Assembly (NCBI GenBank): GCA_964457525.1 | Contig: CAYWGS010000089.1 | Coordinates: 1-6,234 of the forward strand | Direction of reading: 5' to 3' | DNA from: an uncultured Erysipelotrichaceae bacterium | Lineage (GTDB): Bacteria; Bacillota_I; Bacilli_A; Erysipelotrichales; Erysipelotrichaceae | Length of the DNA stretch: 6,234 nt | Translations under genes and position numbers: made by a program | Part shown: piece by piece, positions 1-6,181 of the stretch | Numbering within the stretch: position 1 is the stretch's first letter | How the letters are laid out: every line of letters begins with the position of its first letter | Notes under the pieces: model-generated | What the model saw: the letters and a program-made list of their open reading frames with translations, nothing else | Told to the model about the DNA's origin: nothing | The model's database searches: none

Positions 1-1
1 A

Positions 2-2233
2 AATGTTAAATATAATAGTTATGAAAAATTAGATAAATTATTTACAAAATATTTAAAAGTTTATTGGCTATCCATCCTCGTGGTATTAGGCTTGTTGTAT
101 TATCAAACAACTGCAGACCTAAAATTACCTGAATTAATGAGTGATATTGTTAATACAGGTATTACACGTCAAGGTATTGAAGATGGCACAATTGATGTTA
201 TTCGTGAAGAAAGATTGAATCATTTGTTCTTATTTATGAGTGCAGATGATAAAGAATTCATTCTTAATAACTATCAACTTATTGAAGTTAAAGATAAAAC
301 ATATATTGAAGATTATCCAATCTTGGATACAGAAGCAGTTTATATCTTAAATCTACAAGAAGGTGTTACACGTGATGATATTTCAAGTGTAATTGCTAAA
401 CCATTACTAATCACATATGGAATTGATAGTGGAAACGTAGATACCTCTAAATTCCAATTGCCTGAAGGTGTATCACTCTATCAAGCCTTAGAGATGATGC
501 CTGAAGCACAACGCGAGGCAATGTTATCAAGCATGACTGAGAAATTCTCAGAAATGGGTGATGATATGATTTCACAATCCGCTACAGTCGCGATTAAGAA
601 TGAATATGAACTGATCGGTATTGATACTGATAAGTTACAAATGAACTATATCATTGATATTGGAATACAAATGGTGCTCTTTGCGATGATGAGTGCTGTT
701 ATTACAATACTCGTTGGACTCTTATCAGCACGTATGGCTGCAGGCACAACTCGAAATATTCGTAAAGATGTCTTTAGTAAAGTTGAGAACTTCTCCAGTG
801 TAGAGTTTGACCAATTCTCAACCGCATCGCTTATAACTCGTACAGGAAACGATATTACACAATTACAAATGCTTATTGTAATGATGTTTAGAACCTTCTT
901 CTATTCACCAATCTTAGCATTTGGAGCAGTTAGAAATGTGCTTGAAAGTAATGCCAATATGACATGGATTATTGGATTAGCTTTAGTGGTTATTATGTCC
1001 ATGATTGGTGTAATGTTTGTAATTGTTATACCTAAGTTTACCGCAATCCAAAAGATGATCGATAAAGTAAATCTTGTGGCACGTGAAAGTTTAACTGGTC
1101 TAATGGTTGTTCGTGCATTTAAAACAGAAAAGCATGAAGAAGAACGATTTGATGAAGCGAATAAAGATTTAGCTAAGATCAATCTATTCGTTACGCGTGC
1201 GACTTCTTTCTTAATGCCTATTATGAACTTTGTATTTAGTGGAGTTACATTACTTATTGTTTGGTATGGTGCTAAACAAGTTGATTTAGGTCAATTACAA
1301 ATCGGGGATATGATGGCATTTATGCAATATGCAATGCAAATTATTATGTCTTTTATGATGATTACCTTTATGTTTATCATGATACCGCGTGCAGCTGTAT
1401 CCTCTAAACGTATTTTAGAAGTACTTGAAAAACCATTATCCATCTTAGATCCTAAGAATCCTACAGAATTTAATCACAAGGATACTGGAATTGTTGAGTT
1501 TAATGATGTGAGCTTTAAGTATCCAAATGCGGATGATTATGTCTTAAAGAATATTAGTTTCACAGCAAACAAAGGTGAAATGACCGCAATTATTGGTTCT
1601 ACGGGTTCAGGTAAATCGACCTTGATTAATCTGATTCCTCGCTTCTACGATGTTACTTCCGGAAGTGTTAAAGTAAATGGACAAGATGTTCGTGAAGTAA
1701 AACAAACATCACTTCGTGATCGTATTGGATACATTCCTCAAAAAGCACTCTTGTTTAGTGGAACGATTGAATCGAATTTAAAATATGCTAAGGAAGATGC
1801 GACTCAAGAAGAACTTGATAAAGCAATTGAAATTGCTCAAGCAAAAAATATTATTCAAGAAAAAGCTGGTCACTATGAAGAACCAATCAGTCAAGGTGGT
1901 ACCAATGTATCCGGTGGACAAAAACAACGTTTATCGATTGCTCGTGCATTAGTGAAGAATCCGGATATCTATATTTATGATGATTCATTCTCAGCACTTG
2001 ACTATAAAACAGATGCGGCATTACGTGCTGCACTTGAAAAAGATTTATCTGATAAGACATTGATTGTTGTGGCACAACGTATCTCAACCATCATGAATGC
2101 GGATCAAATTATTGTATTGAATGATGGACAAGTTGTGGGTAAAGGAACACATGATGAACTTATGGATAACTGTGAAGTTTATCGTGAAATAGCATTCTCA
2201 CAATTGTCGAAGGAGGAATTAAACCATGAGTAA
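2..2233 (+). CDS. ABC exporter subunit 1 (fused 6-TM permease + NBD; the degenerate-ATP-site half of a heterodimeric type-I exporter), 5'-partial
   Basis: The frame of the 80..2233 ORF stays open back to base 2 (NVKYNSYEKLDKLFTKYLKVYWLSIL...). It has no in-frame ATG/GTG/TTG before the GTG at 80 and no SD upstream of 80, so the true start lies off-window. 'LFTKYLKVYW' is the usual N-terminal elbow/TM1 entry of ABC exporters. There are six hydrophobic segments. NBD motifs (ORF-track numbering): Walker A GSTGSGKST (aa 506-514, nt 1595-1621), Q-loop IGYIPQ, signature VSGGQ (aa 610-614, nt 1907-1921), Walker B IYIYD followed by D instead of E (aa 634-635, nt 1979-1984), and H-loop position Q (VAQRIS, aa 666, nt 2075-2077). 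TAA stop at 2231-2233. Confidence 0.93.
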   Translation, partial: NVKYNSYEKLDKLFTKYLKVYWLSILVVLGLLYYQTTADLKLPELMSDIVNTGITRQGIEDGTIDVIREERLNHLFLFMSADDKEFILNNYQLIEVKDKTYIEDYPILDTEAVYILNLQEGVTRDDISSVIAKPLLITYGIDSGNVDTSKFQLPEGVSLYQALEMMPEAQREAMLSSMTEKFSEMGDDMISQSATVAIKNEYELIGIDTDKLQMNYIIDIGIQMVLFAMMSAVITILVGLLSARMAAGTTRNIRKDVFSKVENFSSVEFDQFSTASLITRTGNDITQLQMLIVMMFRTFFYSPILAFGAVRNVLESNANMTWIIGLALVVIMSMIGVMFVIVIPKFTAIQKMIDKVNLVARESLTGLMVVRAFKTEKHEEERFDEANKDLAKINLFVTRATSFLMPIMNFVFSGVTLLIVWYGAKQVDLGQLQIGDMMAFMQYAMQIIMSFMMITFMFIMIPRAAVSSKRILEVLEKPLSILDPKNPTEFNHKDTGIVEFNDVSFKYPNADDYVLKNISFTANKGEMTAIIGSTGSGKSTLINLIPRFYDVTSGSVKVNGQDVREVKQTSLRDRIGYIPQKALLFSGTIESNLKYAKEDATQEELDKAIEIAQAKNIIQEKAGHYEEPISQGGTNVSGGQKQRLSIARALVKNPDIYIYDDSFSALDYKTDAALRAALEKDLSDKTLIVVAQRISTIMNADQIIVLNDGQVVGKGTHDELMDNCEVYREIAFSQLSKEELNHE
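2211..2216 (+). promoter_or_regulatory. Shine-Dalgarno (AGGAGG) for ABC subunit 2, embedded in the 3' end of subunit 1
   Basis: AGGAGG at 2211-2216 lies 9 nt upstream of the ATG at 2226. The ATG overlaps the upstream TAA stop (ATGAGTAA, 8-nt gene overlap), which indicates translational coupling. Confidence 0.8.
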
Positions 2234-4103
2234 TGTGGACAAAAAGAATACACCTAAAGGCCCAATGGGTGGTGGTCCTGGTCATGGTGGCCCAATGAGC
2301 GGAATGATGCGTGGAGGTGAAAAGGCAAAAGACTTTAAAGGGTCGATGTCTAAACTCTTAAAACGTTTATCAAAGTATTACACTCGATTTGTGATTGTAT
2401 TGATCTTTGCGATCGCTAGTACTGTCTTCTCAATCTATGGACCTAAATTATTAGGTAAAGCAACCAATAAATTATTCGAAGGTGTTGTTGCGAAGCTCCA
2501 ACAACTACCGAATGCGGCAATTGACTTTGAATACATTGGTGGAATCATCTTACTCTTACTCGGTTTATATGTTTTATCCGCTATCTTCTCGCTTATCATG
2601 GGGATTGTGATGTCTCGTGTTGCGACAGACATTGGCTATGAAATGCGTAAAGATATTTCGGTTAAAATTAATAAACTCCCATTAAAATTCTTTGATAAGA
2701 CACCTCATGGTGAAGTCTTAAGTCGAATCACGAATGATGTCGATACGATTACAAACTCCCTCCAACAAAGTATGGTTCAGATTATTACCTCTGTCACAAC
2801 ACTCATTGGGGTTGCGATCATGATGTTATCAATCAGTGTCTCCATGACATTGGTTACTCTAATCATCCTTCCATTGTCCTTTGTACTCATCATGATAATT
2901 GTGAAATTCTCACAAAAACAATTCAAACTACAAGCTGCTTCTTTAGGAAAAGTAAACAGTCATGTAGAAGAGATGTATAGTGGACATGTCATTATGAAAG
3001 CATTCAATGGAGAAAAGAAATCCATTGAAGACTTTGAAAAATATAACGAAGAACTTTATCAATCCGCTTGGAAGAGTCAATTCTTCTCAAGTATTATGAT
3101 GCCACTCATGAACTTTGTAGGGAACTTAGGTTATGTTGCAGTTAGTATTCAAGGAGGTATCCTAGCGATTAATGGAACCATTAGCGTAGGGGATATTCAA
3201 GCCTTCTTACAATATGTTCGATCCTTTACTCTACCGATTTCTCAAACAGCTCAGATTAGTAATACCTTACAATCGACAGCCGCAGCTGCAGAACGTGTAT
3301 TCCAATTCTTAGCGGAAGAGGAAGAAGTTGAAGACATTGCTCAACCTGTTTCCATTGATTCAATTGTAGGAAATGTAAGTTTCGAAAATGTTCAATTTGG
3401 ATACAATGAAAACGAACCTGTCATCAAAGGATTCAGTGCTAACATTAAGCCGGGTCAAAAAGTTGCGATCGTTGGTCCAACTGGTGCAGGTAAGACGACA
3501 ATGGTTAAACTATTAATGCGTTTCTATGATGTAAATGGTGGTTCCATTAAAGTTGATGGACATGATTTGCGTGAGTTTAAACGTAATGAATTAAGAAGTC
3601 TATTTGGTATGGTTTTACAAGATACATGGTTGTTCAATGGAAGTATTGAAGACAACTTGAAATATGGAAAGCTCGATGCGACTTACGAAGAAGTTGAAGC
3701 CGCAAGTAAAGCAGCGAATGTCCATCACTTTATTCATACATTGCCTGGAAGTTATAAGTATGTATTGAATGAAGAAGCAAGTAACATTTCCTTAGGTCAA
3801 AAACAATTACTAACGATTGCACGTGCCTTCCTTGCGAATCCTAGAATCTTGATTCTCGATGAAGCAACTTCATCTGTTGATACAAGAACAGAAGTTCTTA
3901 TCCAAAAAGCAATGGATCAATTGATGGTTGGTCGTACAAGTTTCATTATTGCACACCGCTTAAGTACCATTCGTAACGCCGATTTAATCTTAGTTATGAG
4001 AGATGGAAACATTGTAGAACAAGGAACTCATCTTGAACTTATGGCTCAAGGTGGATTCTATGAAAGTTTATATAACTCTCAGTTTGAAGAAGCTGAAGCA
4101 TAA
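2226..4103 (+). CDS. ABC exporter subunit 2 (fused 6-TM permease + NBD; the consensus-ATP-site half of the heterodimer)
   Basis: 625 aa. The N-terminus has a Gly/Pro/Met-rich tail followed by EKAKDFKGS...LLKRLSKYY, then six hydrophobic segments. Walker A GPTGAGKTT (aa 417-425, nt 3474-3500), Q-loop MVLQD, Walker B plus catalytic Glu ILILDE (E546, nt 3861-3863) and H-loop IIAHRLS (H577, nt 3954-3956) are all canonical. The signature is degenerate, ISLGQ instead of LSGGQ (aa 521-525, nt 3786-3800). TAA stop at 4101-4103. Confidence 0.95.
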   Translation: MSNVDKKNTPKGPMGGGPGHGGPMSGMMRGGEKAKDFKGSMSKLLKRLSKYYTRFVIVLIFAIASTVFSIYGPKLLGKATNKLFEGVVAKLQQLPNAAIDFEYIGGIILLLLGLYVLSAIFSLIMGIVMSRVATDIGYEMRKDISVKINKLPLKFFDKTPHGEVLSRITNDVDTITNSLQQSMVQIITSVTTLIGVAIMMLSISVSMTLVTLIILPLSFVLIMIIVKFSQKQFKLQAASLGKVNSHVEEMYSGHVIMKAFNGEKKSIEDFEKYNEELYQSAWKSQFFSSIMMPLMNFVGNLGYVAVSIQGGILAINGTISVGDIQAFLQYVRSFTLPISQTAQISNTLQSTAAAAERVFQFLAEEEEVEDIAQPVSIDSIVGNVSFENVQFGYNENEPVIKGFSANIKPGQKVAIVGPTGAGKTTMVKLLMRFYDVNGGSIKVDGHDLREFKRNELRSLFGMVLQDTWLFNGSIEDNLKYGKLDATYEEVEAASKAANVHHFIHTLPGSYKYVLNEEASNISLGQKQLLTIARAFLANPRILILDEATSSVDTRTEVLIQKAMDQLMVGRTSFIIAHRLSTIRNADLILVMRDGNIVEQGTHLELMAQGGFYESLYNSQFEEAEA

Positions 4104-4106
4104 CAA

Positions 4107-4135
4107 AAAATGCACCTTTTAATAAGGTGCATTTT
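4107..4135. terminator. Bidirectional rho-independent terminator between the convergent ABC operon and the AEC gene
   Basis: Perfect inverted repeat AAAATGCACCTT (4107-4118) / AAGGTGCATTTT (4124-4135) with a 5-nt loop TTAAT. A T-run follows the GC core on the + strand (4132-4135). An A-run precedes it (4105-4110), which gives a T-run on the - strand. It sits 3 nt after the + stop and 9 nt after the - stop. Confidence 0.88.
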
Positions 4136-4144
4136 CGTATGTTG

Positions 4145-5062
4145 TTAGATCCAAGCTGAGTAAGCGAGTGTCACAAGAATTGGAATGGTAAACAAACACA
4201 TGATATTGGTAAAACTAATAATCTGAGCACCATACGTATAATCATCCCCATACTTCTGAGAGAAGATAGCTAAGGTAGTAGCCGTTGGTGCGCTTGTCGC
4301 AATGAGAATGACTAATCGAATCTCTGCTTGTAAATTAGGAAGTAAACTGAGTAATCCAAACACAATCATTGGGATTAGAATTAATCGAAGGAATGCGATG
4401 GTGTAAACATGTTTGTTCTTGAAAATATCCACCAACTTACTCTTAGCTAAATACGTCCCCAACAATAACATCGCAATCGGTGTATTCATCGCACTGATTG
4501 ACGCTACGGATTGTTGAATGAAGCCTGACATTTTTATTGGACTGATAAATAGGATAAATCCAAGTGCCATCCCAATAAAAGCAGGGGTTCTAAAGAACTT
4601 AGATAAACTCATTACACTCTTATCGCCCGTAACCAAGAATAATCCTACTGTCCAAATCAAGAGATTAAAGGCAAGGATAAAGGTAGACAAATACGTCACA
4701 TATTCATTTCCAAGTAAACCACTCACAAGAGGTATTCCAAAGAATGCCACATTAGAGAAGGTAATCGCAAACTGTTCAATGCGATGTGTTTTACCAAAGA
4801 TTAATCGAGCAATCAATAATCCAATTAATATGGATACCAAAGCTAATCCAAAGGATAGTCCAAGTTCAGATAAGACTTCGAAACTAAAGTCGATATTAAA
4901 GGAATTAATGATAATTGCAGGCGTACACAATTGTAAGAGAATCGTCGATAATTGAGCTGTTCCGGTTTCATCTAACAATTTTCTTGTATATAAAATATAA
5001 CCCACTAACATAAGGGAAAACATCATAAGAACTTGGTTTAATACTGTGAATCCAATGGACAT
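4145..5062 (-). CDS. AEC-family (auxin efflux carrier-like / Mem_trans) secondary transporter, about 305 aa
   Basis: The protein is polytopic and very hydrophobic (about 10 hydrophobic segments). It has the family-typical N-terminus (...VLNQVLMMFSLMLVGYILYTRKLLDETGTAQLSTILLQLCTPAIIINSF) and the later ...NTPIAMLLLGTYLA... segment. I place the start at the ATG at 5062..5060 (MSIGF...) because GGAGGA (5072..5067) lies 4 nt upstream. The ORF-track start at 5098 is a TTG with no SD and overlaps a probable -10 box. TAA stop at 4147..4145. Confidence 0.85.
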   Translation of the reverse strand: MSIGFTVLNQVLMMFSLMLVGYILYTRKLLDETGTAQLSTILLQLCTPAIIINSFNIDFSFEVLSELGLSFGLALVSILIGLLIARLIFGKTHRIEQFAITFSNVAFFGIPLVSGLLGNEYVTYLSTFILAFNLLIWTVGLFLVTGDKSVMSLSKFFRTPAFIGMALGFILFISPIKMSGFIQQSVASISAMNTPIAMLLLGTYLAKSKLVDIFKNKHVYTIAFLRLILIPMIVFGLLSLLPNLQAEIRLVILIATSAPTATTLAIFSQKYGDDYTYGAQIISFTNIMCLFTIPILVTLAYSAWI

Positions 5063-5066
5063 AAAT

Positions 5067-5072
5067 TCCTCC
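5067..5072 (-). promoter_or_regulatory. Shine-Dalgarno (GGAGGA) for the AEC transporter
   Basis: The + strand TCCTCC at 5067-5072 reads GGAGGA on the - strand, followed by AAAT and then the ATG (5062..5060). Confidence 0.7.
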
Positions 5073-5086
5073 GTAAAATAAATATG

Positions 5087-5095
5087 ATTATACCA
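5087..5095 (-). promoter_or_regulatory. Candidate extended -10 promoter element (TGgTATAAT) for the AEC transporter
   Basis: The reverse complement of 5087-5095 (ATTATACCA) is TGGTATAAT, a perfect TATAAT with the TGn extension. It lies about 25 nt upstream of the ATG at 5062 and about 15 nt upstream of the SD. No convincing TTGACA-like -35 sits at 16-18 bp spacing (the CCTTTA region), which is tolerated for extended -10 promoters. This is a sequence-only prediction. Confidence 0.45.
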
Positions 5096-5177
5096 CAACT
5101 ATTCTAACCTAAAGGACATCCTGAGCATAAATAATGCTAAATCATTAGAATATGTTACGATGACATTAACAATAAAA

Positions 5178-5182
5178 AGGAG
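5178..5182 (+). promoter_or_regulatory. Shine-Dalgarno (AGGAG) for the DUF302 gene
   Basis: AAAAAGGAG ends at 5182, 6 nt upstream of the ATG at 5189. Confidence 0.75.
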
Positions 5183-5188
5183 ATAATC

Positions 5189-5572
5189 ATGAATATATTT
5201 GTACAAGAAATACATTTATCCTTTGAAGAAACAATTAATCGATTAATCAAAGAATTATCTGAACATAAGTTTGGAGTATTATCCACCATTCCTCTATCTG
5301 ATAAGTTTTTAGACAAAGGGCTCGAATTTGAAGGTAAAATAAGAATATTAGATGTATGTAATCCAATTGAGGCGTATAGTGTATATAAGATCGATCCACT
5401 TGCGGTGAACTTCTTACCATGCAAGTTTGTTGTTAGAGAAGATAAAGGAAAAGTCACAATTGAAATGATTCGACCAACAGATTTAATTCGTTTATTGAAC
5501 AATAACGAACTAACTCAATTTGCCTTAAAGATTGAAAATCAATTGCTTGAAGTTGTAAATAATATAAAATAA
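5189..5572 (+). CDS. DUF302 domain-containing protein (function unknown), 127 aa
   Basis: It is a single-domain protein of the size typical for DUF302. The pattern matches the family as I recall it: ...SFEETINRLIKELSEHKFGVLSTI...(L)DKGLEF...IRILDVCNPIEAYSV...DP...NFLPCKFVVRED.GKVTIEMIRP. There is a strong SD, an ATG start, and a TAA stop at 5570-5572. Confidence 0.72.
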   Translation: MNIFVQEIHLSFEETINRLIKELSEHKFGVLSTIPLSDKFLDKGLEFEGKIRILDVCNPIEAYSVYKIDPLAVNFLPCKFVVREDKGKVTIEMIRPTDLIRLLNNNELTQFALKIENQLLEVVNNIK

Positions 5573-6150
5573 TGGACCAACGATTATCGTTAGACAATAA
5601 AGACGAATGGACTCTATGGCTTCAAGATCATTCAGAGAATGAATCTTTAGTTTGGCTAAGGATAAAACGAAAGAAATCAAAAAAGAATGGCATCTATTTA
5701 GATGAAGCAGTAACAGAAGCATTACGTTTTGGCTGGATCGATGGAAGACTTCACACCAGTGATGAAGATTACTTTTGGTTAAGATTCTCACCACGTAAAC
5801 CTAAAAGTGTATGGTCACTCATTAATCGCAAACGAGTCGAGAAAATGATTGAAGATGGTACTTTAACAGCTCGGGGTTATCTAACAGTTGAATGGGCAAA
5901 ACAAAATGGGTCTTGGCAAGCATCGTATACAAGTTTGAAGGATTCAAATGTTCCACCTGAGTTTATTCAGAAGTTAGAAAGTAACTCTATCGCGAAATCG
6001 AAGTATGATTTATTATCCAATTCAGACAAGTTAAAAGTTTTATATTGGTTAAATACATCGAAGACAACAGATGAGTTTAGTTATCGATTATGTAGAATAA
6101 TAAATTGGCTAGAATCAGATCTTCCAATGAGTAAGTTAAAAACAAAATAA
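5572..6150 (+). CDS. YdeI/OmdA-family protein ('bacteriocin-protection, YdeI or OmpD-associated' domain; function unknown), 192 aa
   Basis: Family-typical blocks are present: EW..WL..H......VWLRIKRKKS....IYLDEAVTEALRFGWIDG; then FSPRKPKSVWSLINRKRVEKMIEDGTLTARG...EWAKQNGSW.ASY; then VPPEF...L..N..AK..YD.LSNS.K...LYWLNTSK. The ATG at 5572 shares its A with the upstream TAA (TAATG), and there is no separate SD. TAA stop at 6148-6150. Confidence 0.8.
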   Translation: MDQRLSLDNKDEWTLWLQDHSENESLVWLRIKRKKSKKNGIYLDEAVTEALRFGWIDGRLHTSDEDYFWLRFSPRKPKSVWSLINRKRVEKMIEDGTLTARGYLTVEWAKQNGSWQASYTSLKDSNVPPEFIQKLESNSIAKSKYDLLSNSDKLKVLYWLNTSKTTDEFSYRLCRIINWLESDLPMSKLKTK

Positions 6151-6178
6151 AAATCCGCAATACGCGGATTTATTTTTT
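6151..6178. terminator. Bidirectional rho-independent terminator (ydeI-like gene on +, tRNA on -)
   Basis: Stem AAATCCGC (6151-6158) pairs with GCGGATTT (6164-6171) around a 5-nt loop AATAC, followed by ATTTTTT (6172-6178). The A-rich run upstream (AAAATAAAAA, ending at 6153) gives a T-run on the - strand, a few nt downstream of the tRNA 3' end. Confidence 0.85.
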
Positions 6179-6181
6179 ATC

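Noticed and set aside
80-82. GTG at 80 as the start codon of ABC subunit 1 (as in the ORF track)
   Set aside because: The frame is open back to base 2 and encodes the expected N-terminal elbow/TM1 entry (LFTKYLKVYWLSIL). No SD precedes 80 (the upstream sequence is CCATCCTC). Starting at 80 would truncate TM1. The gene is therefore 5'-partial at the window edge.
901-1182. 93-aa antisense ORF inside ABC subunit 1 (likewise 1887..2087 - and 2435..2632 -)
   Set aside because: These ORFs are fully nested antisense to strongly supported ABC coding sequence. They have no SD and a low-complexity composition of the kind produced by reading a membrane or NBD gene backwards. They are shadow ORFs.
1307-1390. 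Strikingly Met-rich TM6 of subunit 1 (DMMAFMQYAMQIIMSFMMITFMFIMIP), a possible metal-binding or unusual feature
   Set aside because: From memory, the homologous TM6 in this exporter subfamily is generally Met-rich (the ...MQ..M....M....IMIPRA pattern). This is therefore family background rather than a feature specific to this locus. I cannot quantify it without an alignment.
4581-4588. GCAGGGGT inside the AEC gene matches 8 nt of the tRNA-Trp 3' end (6184-6191), a possible att-site remnant
   Set aside because: An 8-nt match is within chance expectation for a 6-kb window searched on both strands. It lies inside an intact ORF, and no integrase or recombinase or compositional break accompanies it.
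4518-4955. 145-aa + strand ORF antisense to the AEC permease
   Set aside because: Its K/N/P-rich sequence is the mirror image of a Phe/Leu/Ile-rich membrane gene. It has no SD or promoter, no recognisable motif, and lies entirely within a well-supported CDS.
5099-5188. Riboswitch, T-box or leader-peptide attenuator upstream of the DUF302 gene
   Set aside because: The available untranslated space is under about 90 nt and must also hold a promoter. The only mini-ORFs (ATGCTAAATCATTAG; ATGTTACGATGA) are 3-4 codons long with no SD. No terminator/antiterminator pair is visible.
5155-5794. Two minus-strand ORFs (5155..5502, 115 aa; 5525..5794, 89 aa) antisense to the DUF302 and ydeI-like genes
   Set aside because: They have no RBS and no family resemblance, and they overlap better-supported plus-strand genes that have an SD, translational coupling and a terminator. 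In AT-rich DNA with few stop codons on the opposite strand, they are most likely chance ORFs.
2226-6150. Linking the ABC exporter with the 'bacteriocin-protection' YdeI-like gene as a bacteriocin export/immunity locus
   Set aside because: The exporter has no C39 peptidase domain. No small precursor-peptide ORF or modification enzyme is present. The genes lie in separate transcription units, separated by a convergent AEC gene and a terminator. The OmdA domain name is not evidence of an immunity function.
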